From Acidobacteriota bacterium (GTDB lineage Bacteria; Acidobacteriota; Thermoanaerobaculia; Gp7-AA8), in assembly GCA_019244185.1 (NCBI GenBank), contig JAFATB010000022.1, positions 320,001 through 384,000 on the forward strand: DNA of 64,000 nt, written 5' to 3'. This document shows, in pieces, positions 28,084-36,748 of this stretch. A program made the position numbers and the translations under genes. How positions within the stretch are numbered: the stretch's first letter is position 1; each line of letters starts with the position of its first letter. The notes under the pieces were generated by a model. It was not told the origin of the DNA. It saw nothing but the letters and a program-made list of their open reading frames with translations, and did no database searches.

Positions 28084-29358
28084 GTGATGGCGCAACTCCC
28101 CAGGACCACGCGCGTCGAGTCGCTCGCGTTCGTTCGCCGCGTGCTGCTGCCGCCGGTGGCGAAAGGCGTGATCATCCGCCGTCCGCACGCGGTGCGCGCC
28201 GCGCAGCGCCTCGATCTCGATCGCCGCGGCGTGCGTTACCTCGAGCGTCTGCGCGATCGCTACGGTCCGGGGCCGCTCCTCGTCGGCGGACGCTACGCGG
28301 TCATCCTCGATCCCGCCCACGTGCGGCGCGTGCTCGCGGAGACACCCGAGCCGTTCGGGACGGAGACGCCGGAGAAGCGCGCCGCGCTCGCGCACTTCGA
28401 GCCGCGTAACGTGCTCATCTCGCACGGCCCCGAGCGCGCCGAGCGGCGGCGCTTTCACGAGCAGGCGCTCGACACCGGCCATCACGAGCCGCGCCTCGCC
28501 GGCAGTCTCGCCGGACGCGTGCGCGAGGAGACGGCGCGGCTGCTCGCGCATGCACACGAGACGCGCGCGCTGACCTGGACAGAGTTCGCGCGCGCATGGT
28601 CGCGCATCGTGCGGCTCACGATCTTCGGCGAGGTCGCGCGCGACGACGAGCATCTCTCCGCGCTGACGACGCGCCTGCGCCACCACGCGAACTGGGCGTT
28701 TCTCCACCGCCAGCGCAAGGCACTGCGCGCCGAGTTCCTGCAGCACATCGACGCGCTCCTCGGTCGCGCCGAAGCGGGGAGTCTCGCCGCCGTCGTGGCC
28801 ACGATTCCGCGCAGCGAGGCCACCGCCGTGGCCGATCAGGTCGCGCAGTGGCTCTTCGCGTTCGACCCCGCGGGCATCACGACGTACCGCACGCTGGCGT
28901 TGTTGTCGTCTCATACGACGTATGCCCGTGCGGACGATCGCGACCTCCTGCGCGCGTGCATGCACGACGCGGTGCGGCTCTATCCGACGACGCCTCTCCT
29001 GTTGCGCGCGACCACGGCCGAGACGGCGTGGGAGCACGGCACGCTGCCGGCGAAGAAGACGCTCATCGTCTTCACGCCGTTCTTTCATCGCGACGCGGAA
29101 CGGCTGCCGTTCGCCGACCGCTTCGCGCCGGAGCTGTGGCAGAGCGGCGAGGCGGATCGCTGGACGCTCGTTCCGTTCAGCGGCGGCCCCGCCGTTTGTC
29201 CGGGCCGCGAGCTCGTGCTGTTCCTCGGCAGCGAGATGCTGTCGACGCTCCTCGCGGGCGCCTCGTTCCGCATCACTTCGTCGCAGACGCTCGATCCCGC
29301 GCGGCCGCTGCCGGCCACGCTCGATCACTTCCGCCTGCAGTTCGCCGTGGAGTCCTGA
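28084..29358 (+). CDS. Cytochrome P450 (atypical motifs)
   Basis: Heme motif PFSGGPAVCPG, K-helix DAVRLYP, FAPELW meander. Confidence 0.88.
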   Translation: MMAQLPRTTRVESLAFVRRVLLPPVAKGVIIRRPHAVRAAQRLDLDRRGVRYLERLRDRYGPGPLLVGGRYAVILDPAHVRRVLAETPEPFGTETPEKRAALAHFEPRNVLISHGPERAERRRFHEQALDTGHHEPRLAGSLAGRVREETARLLAHAHETRALTWTEFARAWSRIVRLTIFGEVARDDEHLSALTTRLRHHANWAFLHRQRKALRAEFLQHIDALLGRAEAGSLAAVVATIPRSEATAVADQVAQWLFAFDPAGITTYRTLALLSSHTTYARADDRDLLRACMHDAVRLYPTTPLLLRATTAETAWEHGTLPAKKTLIVFTPFFHRDAERLPFADRFAPELWQSGEADRWTLVPFSGGPAVCPGRELVLFLGSEMLSTLLAGASFRITSSQTLDPARPLPATLDHFRLQFAVES

Positions 29359-31232
29359 TGTCGCGTCGTGTCGTCGTGTTGTTGCTGTTGGCTCTGCTGT
29401 TCGCCGCCTCGCATCCCGCGTTCGCGCAGCGTCGCCCGCATACGCCGTCGAATCCGCCGTCGCATCCGCCCGCGCCCGTCGACGGCGCGCGCATCCTCGC
29501 GTTTCTCAACCGCACGATCGCGTGGGACGAGCGGCTCGACGCACAGGCGCAATGGGCCGATCAGCCGACCGATGTTTTGTACGTCAACGACAACCGCCAG
29601 CTCGGCCGGCAGATCGTCGTGCTCTCGTTCGACGCCGCGAAAGCGCAGGTGCAGCTGCTCGCGAGCACCGCGCCGGTCGCGCAGGCGCCGGCGCCGGGAA
29701 TGGACGACGCGCGGCGAAACGACTCGCAGCGGATGCAGCGCCTCACGCAGCGCGCCACGACTGCCGCCGACCTGCTGCGCCGCGAGCACACGCGCCTAGA
29801 CGCGTTGCAGCAGCAGCTCGCATCCGCGACGCCGGACGATCGCGCGCGGCTCGAAGCAGCGGTCGCGGAAGCGCAGAGCCGCGTCGCCATCGCGCAGGCG
29901 CGCAACGACGCGGTGAGCGGCATCGTTGGCTTCATGAACGATGCGGCCGGCGGCGCCGCGGGTGCGGACATCAACTCGCAGATCAGCGCGCTCGAACAGG
30001 CCGTCTCCGCGTCCGCAACGGCACATCAGGCGCCGCTGCAGCAGGACGCGCGGAAAGCGCAGCCATCGAGCGTCGTGGGACTCATCAGCGATCTCATCGC
30101 GCTCAATCAGAAGGCGAGCGCGCTGCAGGGGGCGGCGCGCGACGCGGACTTTCTCCAGCGCGACGCGCGCGATCTGACCGCGCCGCTGACGAACCTCCTC
30201 TCGCAGACGCGGCAGCGCGCCGATCTGCTGATGAACGCGCCCGACACCGCCGATCCCGCGGAGCTGCTGCGCCGCAAGTCAGCGCTCGACGCGCTCACCG
30301 CGCGCTTCCGCCAGCTCTCCGCCGCGCTCCTGCCGCTCACGAAGCGCCGCATTCTCCTCAACGCCTACAAAGCGAACCTCGGCCGCTGGCGCGCGTCCGT
30401 CGACGAGCAGCACCGCGGCGAGCTGCGACGACTCACGTTCCGCGCCGTCGCCCTCGGCATCATGCTGCTGCTCGTCTTCACGCTCGCGGTCGTCTGGCGG
30501 CGCATGACCTTCCGCTACGTGCAGGATGTGAAGCGCCGCCATCACGTGCTGCTCGTGCGGCGCATCGTGTTGCTGCTGCTCGTGGCGGCGATTCTCGCGG
30601 CGACGTTCGCGTCCGACTTCAGTTCGCTGACGACGTTCGTCGGCCTGCTCACCGCCGGTATCGCCATCGCGCTGCAGGACGTCATCCTCTCGATGGCAGG
30701 CTACTTCGTCATCATCGGCAAGTACGGCATCCGTCCCGGCGATCGCGTGCGCATCGCCAGCGTCAACGGCGACGTGCTCGACGTCGGCCTGGTGTGGATC
30801 TATCTGATCGAGCTGGAGACGCGCGGCAGCGATCAGCTGCCGACCGGCCGCATCGTCGAGTTCCCCAACTCGGTCGTCTTCGATCACAGCGCCGGCATCT
30901 TCAAGCAGCTGCCCGGCACGCGGTTCTTGTGGCACGAGGTCGCGCGCGTCGTGGCGGGCGAGAGCGACTTCGCGACGACGCAGGCGCGGATGCTCGCGGC
31001 GGTGGAGAGCGTGTTCGAGGAGTACCGCGACGCGATCGACCGCCAGCATCGCGAGATGGAGCGGCTGCTGAACACGAAGACGCCGCCGCCGCGTCCGCAC
31101 AGCCGCCTGCGCGTCGCGCCCGCGGGCGTCGAGATCCGCGTGCGCTATCCGGTCGAGATCGCGAACGCGGGAACCATCGACGACCGCATCGCCGCGGCGG
31201 TGATGACGGTCACGCAGCTGCCCGCGGCGTGA
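29358..31232 (+). CDS. MscS-family channel with large periplasmic coiled-coil N-terminus
   Basis: Signal peptide, helical region, GLLTAGIAIALQD, IRPGDRVRI, TGRIVEFPNS; ATG overlaps P450 stop. Confidence 0.88.
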   Translation: MSRRVVVLLLLALLFAASHPAFAQRRPHTPSNPPSHPPAPVDGARILAFLNRTIAWDERLDAQAQWADQPTDVLYVNDNRQLGRQIVVLSFDAAKAQVQLLASTAPVAQAPAPGMDDARRNDSQRMQRLTQRATTAADLLRREHTRLDALQQQLASATPDDRARLEAAVAEAQSRVAIAQARNDAVSGIVGFMNDAAGGAAGADINSQISALEQAVSASATAHQAPLQQDARKAQPSSVVGLISDLIALNQKASALQGAARDADFLQRDARDLTAPLTNLLSQTRQRADLLMNAPDTADPAELLRRKSALDALTARFRQLSAALLPLTKRRILLNAYKANLGRWRASVDEQHRGELRRLTFRAVALGIMLLLVFTLAVVWRRMTFRYVQDVKRRHHVLLVRRIVLLLLVAAILAATFASDFSSLTTFVGLLTAGIAIALQDVILSMAGYFVIIGKYGIRPGDRVRIASVNGDVLDVGLVWIYLIELETRGSDQLPTGRIVEFPNSVVFDHSAGIFKQLPGTRFLWHEVARVVAGESDFATTQARMLAAVESVFEEYRDAIDRQHREMERLLNTKTPPPRPHSRLRVAPAGVEIRVRYPVEIANAGTIDDRIAAAVMTVTQLPAA

Positions 31233-31294
31233 CGCGCGACGCTCGCCGGAATCGCGAGCTCGTACGACGCCACCGCTATGATGACTGCCGGGCC

Positions 31295-32020
31295 ATGACC
31301 GCTCCGGAAACAGGATTTCTCGATCGCGACGTCGTGGTGGGCGGCACGCGCTATCCGTACGTCGCATACGTGCCGCGCGGCTTCGATCGTCGCGCGGCGC
31401 TGCCGGTGATTCTCTTCCTGCACGGCTCGGGCGAGCGCGGCACGGACGGCGTACGCGCCACGCAAATCGGTGCGGGTGCGGCGATCCGCGCCAATCCCGA
31501 GCGCGTGCCGGCGATCGTCGTTTTTCCGCAGGCGCCGCCGGGCTCGCGGTGGCTCGACGAGCCCAACGATGCGGCGATGCTCGCGCTCGATCGCACGCTC
31601 GCCGAGTTCGGCGGCGATCCGCGGCGCGTCTATCTCACCGGACTGTCGATGGGCGGCTACGGCGCGCTTCACCTCGTGCTCGCGCATCCGGAGCGATTCG
31701 CCGCGCTCGCGGTCGTCTGCGGCGGCTTGCTGCCGCATCGCACGACGACAGCGGTGCGCCAGTCGCCGCTCACGGTGCACGCCGCCGATCCCTACGCGTT
31801 CACCGCGCACGCGCTGCGCGCGTTGCCGATCTGGCTCTTTCACGGCGAAAAGGACGCGGTGATCCCCGTCGACGAATCGCGCCGCCTGGCCGCGGCGCTG
31901 CGCGACGCCGGCGCGGACGTTCGCTACACCGAATACGCGCGCACCGGCCACAACTCGTGGGATGCGGCGTACGGCGACGAAGAGCTGTGGCGGTGGCTGT
32001 TCGCGCAGCGGCGGGCGTGA
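31295..32020 (+). CDS. Alpha/beta hydrolase (esterase/peptidase, phospholipase-carboxylesterase type)
   Basis: LFLHGSGERG, GLSMGG nucleophile elbow, FHGEKDAV, GHNSW. Confidence 0.9.
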   Translation: MTAPETGFLDRDVVVGGTRYPYVAYVPRGFDRRAALPVILFLHGSGERGTDGVRATQIGAGAAIRANPERVPAIVVFPQAPPGSRWLDEPNDAAMLALDRTLAEFGGDPRRVYLTGLSMGGYGALHLVLAHPERFAALAVVCGGLLPHRTTTAVRQSPLTVHAADPYAFTAHALRALPIWLFHGEKDAVIPVDESRRLAAALRDAGADVRYTEYARTGHNSWDAAYGDEELWRWLFAQRRA

Positions 32021-32055
32021 CGCGCGCTGGCATCGCGCGAGCAACGCGTTCGCGC

Positions 32056-33057
32056 ATGGCCACGAAGAAAACAGCCGCCACCGTCGCGCGTCAGCGAAAG
32101 GTGCAACGCGAAGTCGACGCGGCGGAGAAGAAGAAGTCGTCGTCGAAGAAGAAGAAGTCCGAGAAGCCGGTGCAGGCGGGCTCGCGGAAGCATCACGAGA
32201 ATCCGCTGCCGAAGCAGCATCAGGTGAAGCCGGGCATCGAAGCCGAACTCGATCCGGCGCCGCAGTTCCGCAATCCCGATTACCGCGGCAGCGGCAAGCT
32301 CGAGGACAAGGTCGCGCTGATCACCGGCGGCGACTCGGGGATCGGGCGCGCGGTCGCGGTGCTGTTCGCGCGCGAGGGCGCCGACGTCGCGATCGTTTAT
32401 CTCGATGTCGAGCAGCGGGACGCGGACGAAACGCGGCGCGTCATCGAAGAGGACGAAGGGCGCCGCTGTTTGCTGATCCCCGGCGACGTGAAGGACGCGG
32501 AGTTCTGCCGCGAGGCGGTCGCGCGAACGGTCGACGAACTGGGCGGCCTCGACATCCTCGTCAACAACGCGGCGTTTCAGGAGCACTCGGAGTCGCTCGA
32601 AGACATCACCGAGGAGCACTTCGATCTCACGTTCCGCACGAACATCTACGGCTACTTCCACATGGTCAAAGCCGCGCTCCCGCACCTCGGCGAAGGCAGC
32701 GCGATCATCAACACCGGCTCCGAGACCGGGATCTTCGGGCAGCCGATCCTGCTCGACTACTCGGCGACGAAGGGCGCGATTCACGCGTTCACGAAATCGC
32801 TGGCGACGAATCTCGCGCCGCGCGGCATCCGCGTGAACGCCGTCGCGCCGGGACCGGTGTGGACGCCGCTCAATCCGGCCGATCAGCCGGAGACGAACAT
32901 CGCCGACTTCGGCAAGGGCACGTCGATGCATCGTCCCGCGCAACCGGAGGAGATCGCGCCGGCGTACGTCTTTCTCGCGGCGCCGGTGTGCGCGAGCTAC
33001 ATCACGGGAATCGTGCTGCCGGTGATGGGCGGTGTGATCGGCGCGACGGAGGCGTGA
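32056..33057 (+). CDS. SDR oxidoreductase (YghA/YhdF general-stress type)
   Basis: GSGKL, TGGDSGIGRA, NNAA, YSATK, VAPGPVWTP; Lys-rich N-terminal extension. Confidence 0.92.
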   Translation: MATKKTAATVARQRKVQREVDAAEKKKSSSKKKKSEKPVQAGSRKHHENPLPKQHQVKPGIEAELDPAPQFRNPDYRGSGKLEDKVALITGGDSGIGRAVAVLFAREGADVAIVYLDVEQRDADETRRVIEEDEGRRCLLIPGDVKDAEFCREAVARTVDELGGLDILVNNAAFQEHSESLEDITEEHFDLTFRTNIYGYFHMVKAALPHLGEGSAIINTGSETGIFGQPILLDYSATKGAIHAFTKSLATNLAPRGIRVNAVAPGPVWTPLNPADQPETNIADFGKGTSMHRPAQPEEIAPAYVFLAAPVCASYITGIVLPVMGGVIGATEA

Positions 33058-33063
33058 GCGGCG

Positions 33064-33101
33064 TCGCGCAGGTTCCGTTCGGAATTCGGACGGATGCGCG
33101 A
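33064..33101. terminator. Stem-loop downstream of SDR gene
   Basis: TCGCGCA-GGT-TCCGTTCG/GAATT/CGGACGGA-TGCGCGA inverted repeat; no U-tract. Confidence 0.35.
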
Positions 33102-33209
33102 AATGCAAACGCGGCGGTGTTTCGCGGATGTGCAGGCAACGCGTGATGGCTGAGGCAGTTACGGCGATCCGGCCGTACGGCATGCCGTTCGCGATCTGGA
33201 CGCGGCATC

Positions 33210-34052
33210 ATGAACCTCGACAGCCGCAACTTCACGCTCATCCACGCCGACGAAGACTCGTCCTGGATCCCCGCAAGCTCTGAATCGTCCGCGTCCTCGA
33301 CTATCGTCGTCGCGAACTGGAACGCGTTCACCGAGGCGATGCTGGTGGGAGCGCAGACGGACCATCGCGTCATCGAGCGGGCGATCATCGACCGCACGAT
33401 CGACTGCGCGACGTTCCTCGAGTTTCTCGCCGCGCTGCCGGTCGGCTTCGGCGGCGACGTGCTGTACATCGAGAACGACGCGCGCGCGTACCTCAGCGCG
33501 GGTCTGCCGCGCGAAGGGCGGACGATGTACGTACTGACCGCCGACGACGTGCAGTTCTATCGCGAGGTGCACCGTCTCGATTTCGGACGGCGTCCCGAAG
33601 CGGTGGTCGCGCCGATGCCGCAGGTCGTGCCGCTCGCGCCGCCGAGCCGCGCCGTCGACTGCGCGTCGCGCATCGTGCTGATCGGCGACGACGACCGCCG
33701 CGCGCGGGCCGTGCTCGCGGAGCTGGCGATCGAGGAAGGCTGCGAGGTCGTGTACGCGTGCGACGGAACGGAGGCGATCCGCCTCGCCGCGCAGCTGCGC
33801 CCGGCGCTCGTGTTTCTCGACGGCCTGATGCCGGCGATGCACGGCTTCGAGGTGGCGCGCTTCATCCGCAACTTCGATCCCGCGTACAGCCCGACCATCG
33901 CCGTCGTGAGCGGCGTCTACAAGTCGCTGCGCTACCGCAACGAGGCGCTGCTCAAGTACGGCGTGGACATGTACTTCACGAAGCCGATCGATCCGGAAAT
34001 GATCCGCACGACGATCCGCGACGTGTTCGGGAGCGTGGCGCTGGCGTCGTAG
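33210..34052 (+). CDS. Response regulator with unrecognised N-terminal domain and C-terminal REC
   Basis: C-terminal IGDDD, FLDGLMP, VSG, FTKP; N-terminal ~130 aa not recognised. Confidence 0.8.
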   Translation: MNLDSRNFTLIHADEDSSWIPASSESSASSTIVVANWNAFTEAMLVGAQTDHRVIERAIIDRTIDCATFLEFLAALPVGFGGDVLYIENDARAYLSAGLPREGRTMYVLTADDVQFYREVHRLDFGRRPEAVVAPMPQVVPLAPPSRAVDCASRIVLIGDDDRRARAVLAELAIEEGCEVVYACDGTEAIRLAAQLRPALVFLDGLMPAMHGFEVARFIRNFDPAYSPTIAVVSGVYKSLRYRNEALLKYGVDMYFTKPIDPEMIRTTIRDVFGSVALAS

Positions 34053-34108
34053 GCGGCACAGGGCGCTTCCTCGCGCGCGAGTACACTTGCGCGCGTGGAG
34101 GCGTCGAG

Positions 34109-34534
34109 ATGGCGGCACCGGTAGTCGTCCGTTCGCGCGGGACGTTTCGGAACGAGGTCGAGGCAGGCGCGCATCGGTTCGTGCTCGACGAGCCGGCCGG
34201 CGCGGGCGGGACGGACGAGGGACCGACGCCGTACGACATGCTGGCGTCGGCCCTCGGCGGGTGCACGTCGATGACGCTGGTCTTCTACGCGCGGCGCGAG
34301 AAGATGCCGCTCGAGGGCGTCGACGTCACGGTGACGCACGACCGACAATCCGCGAAGGACTGTATCGACTGCGCGACGCAGAACGGCTTCATTCATCGCT
34401 TCCACGTCGCGATCCGGCTGCATGGGCCGCTGACGGACGAGCAGCGCGAGCATCTCCTCGCCGTCGCGGCGCGTTGCCCGGTGCGGAAGACGCTCTCGTC
34501 CGAGATCCGCATCGACGAGGTGCTGGAGACGTGA
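34109..34534 (+). CDS. OsmC family protein
   Basis: DEP..GGTDEGPTPYDML..ALGGCT, RCPVRKTL; GGAGG RBS. Confidence 0.9.
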   Translation: MAAPVVVRSRGTFRNEVEAGAHRFVLDEPAGAGGTDEGPTPYDMLASALGGCTSMTLVFYARREKMPLEGVDVTVTHDRQSAKDCIDCATQNGFIHRFHVAIRLHGPLTDEQREHLLAVAARCPVRKTLSSEIRIDEVLET

Positions 34535-35145
34535 GGCTCGAGCCCGCGGATGCGGCCGCGATCACCGAGGCGGTGCGGACGCTGGAAGGGGGATCGTGTG
34601 CGGAGGTCGTGGTGGAAGTGCGCGGGCGTTCGGGCGCGTACGCGCAGGCCAGCGCGCGTTTCGCGGCGCTCGCGGCGTTCGTCGCGCTGCTCGTGCTGCT
34701 CTTCTCGCCGTGGTCGTTCCGCGCGGGGTGGGTGGCGGTGGACGTGGCGGCGGTATACGCGCTCGCGTTCTACGCCGCGCGGCGCAGCGACTCGGTGCGG
34801 CAGCTGATGACGACCGCGCGCGAGCGGACGGATGCGGTGCGTCATTTTGCGGCCGCGGCGTTTTACGAGCGCGGCGTCGCGAACACGGACGCCGAGACCG
34901 GCGTGCTGTTGTATCTCTCGCTCCTGGAGCGGCGGATGGAACTGCTCGCCGACCGCGGCGTGCTCGCGGCGGTGCCGTCGCGCGAATGGAACCAGATCGT
35001 CGCGGACGTGCGCACGCGCGACGCGACTCCCGCCACGCTTCTCGACGCCCTAGCATCCCTCGGCCCCTTGCTCGCGCAGCGCATGCCGGCGCGCGCCGGA
35101 GACCGCGACGAGTTGTGCAACGAGCCGCGGTTCCTCGCCGAATGA
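34531..35145 (+). CDS. TPM-domain (DUF477-like) membrane protein
   Basis: ITEAVRTLEGGSCAEVVV, two TM helices, ETGVLLYLSLLERRMELLADRG, DRDEL; GTG overlaps osmC stop. Confidence 0.8.
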   Translation: MRLEPADAAAITEAVRTLEGGSCAEVVVEVRGRSGAYAQASARFAALAAFVALLVLLFSPWSFRAGWVAVDVAAVYALAFYAARRSDSVRQLMTTARERTDAVRHFAAAAFYERGVANTDAETGVLLYLSLLERRMELLADRGVLAAVPSREWNQIVADVRTRDATPATLLDALASLGPLLAQRMPARAGDRDELCNEPRFLAE

Positions 35146-36614
35146 TGCAGCGCCGCAAGGTTTCGTTCATCCGCGCGCTCGCGTTGTTCGCGCTGCTGCT
35201 GGTTTTCGCGGCGCCGCTCTTCGCCCGCGTCGGTGGCGGCAGCTCGTACTCCGGCGGTGGCTCGGACTCGGGCGGCGGCGGGGGAGGGGGCGGCGGCGAG
35301 ATCGCGTATCTCGTGATTCGCCTTCTGTTCTGGCTGACGATCCACCATCCCGTCATCGGCGTGCCGGTCGACATCGTGGTCATCGTGATCGTCATCCGCT
35401 GGGGGAAGAGCAAGTCGGGCAATCCGGTGCTGCGCGTCTCGACGGCGGCGATTCCGGTCGCGTCCGCGCCGCGGTCGCTCGATCTCGTGCGCCGCTTCGA
35501 TCCGAACTTCTCCGAGATCACGTTTCGCGACTTCTGCTACTCGCTGTACGGACGCGCGCATGTCGCGCGCGGCGCGGGAGACCTCGACCGCTACGCGCCG
35601 TATCTCAGCACGGCCGCACGGCAGGCATTGCGGATGCGCAATCCGGCCGGACTGCAGGAAGTGCGCGGCGTGATCGTCGGGGCGATGCAGATCGACTCGG
35701 TGACCGGCGGCGACACGACCAGCATCGTGCTCGCGTTCGAGAGCAACTACACCGAGGTCGCAGGCGGCGCGGAGTCGAGCTGGTACGTGCGCGAGGAGTG
35801 GACGCTGCAGCGGCTGCGCAACGTCGTCTCGCCGCCGCCGGAGCAGTCGAAGGCGGATCACTGCCCGCGCTGCGGCGCGCCGCTGCAGACGCGCACGGAC
35901 GGCTCATGCTCGTACTGCGGCATCAAGATCGAGAGCGGCGCCTTCCAGTGGTACGTGCAGGCCATCGCGCTGCGCTCGCCGGAAGCGCGCGGGCCACTGC
36001 TGACGTCGAACGTCCCCGAGCGCGGCACCGAGCTCCCGACGATCGTCCAGCCGCGGTTCAGCGAGCGACAAGCGGCGTTCGTCGCGCAGCATCCCGACTT
36101 CCGCTGGCCGGAGTTCGAGGCACGCGTGCGCGACATCGCCACGACATTGCAGGACGCGTGGAGCGCGCGCGACTGGGAACGCGTGCGGCCGCTCGAGACC
36201 GAGAGCCTCTTCCAGATGCACCGCTACTGGATCGATGCGTACCGGCGCCAGAAGCTGCGCAACGTCGTCGCCGATTTCACGATCACGAGCGTCGTTCCCG
36301 CGCGCATCGACAGCGACGCGTTCTACGAGGCGATCACGGTGCGGCTGTACGCGCAGGGACGCGACGCGACGTTCGACGAGAGCGGCCGCGTCGTGGCCGG
36401 CTCCGCGACCTCGACGCGCACGTGGAGCGAGTACTGGACGCTGATTCGCACGCGCGCGGCGGGGCCGGGCGGCACGATGACGTGCCCCAACTGCGGCGCG
36501 AAAGTCGACGTCGGCGCGACCGGCATCTGCGCGTACTGCGGCGGCAAGCTCAGCGTCGGCGCGTTCGACTGGATCCTCTCGCGGATCGAACAGGACGAGG
36601 AATACCGCGGCTGA
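35142..36614 (+). CDS. Tandem Tim44-like domain / zinc-ribbon membrane protein
   Basis: Signal, RVGGGSSYSGG Gly linker, TM, then twice [DPNF/HPDF...EEW/EYWTL.R + CxxCGA..CxYCG...W]. Confidence 0.8.
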   Translation: MMQRRKVSFIRALALFALLLVFAAPLFARVGGGSSYSGGGSDSGGGGGGGGGEIAYLVIRLLFWLTIHHPVIGVPVDIVVIVIVIRWGKSKSGNPVLRVSTAAIPVASAPRSLDLVRRFDPNFSEITFRDFCYSLYGRAHVARGAGDLDRYAPYLSTAARQALRMRNPAGLQEVRGVIVGAMQIDSVTGGDTTSIVLAFESNYTEVAGGAESSWYVREEWTLQRLRNVVSPPPEQSKADHCPRCGAPLQTRTDGSCSYCGIKIESGAFQWYVQAIALRSPEARGPLLTSNVPERGTELPTIVQPRFSERQAAFVAQHPDFRWPEFEARVRDIATTLQDAWSARDWERVRPLETESLFQMHRYWIDAYRRQKLRNVVADFTITSVVPARIDSDAFYEAITVRLYAQGRDATFDESGRVVAGSATSTRTWSEYWTLIRTRAAGPGGTMTCPNCGAKVDVGATGICAYCGGKLSVGAFDWILSRIEQDEEYRG

Positions 36615-36748
36615 GGCCGCATCGCTGCGCGCGATTCGTCACCGGTTTCGGCGGTTTCGTCACGCGTTGGGGATCTGTGACAGCCGCGGCGCGCGCCGGT
36701 TCTTACGATGACGGCACAGACCCAACCTGATTCGATTCGGAGGCCGAG

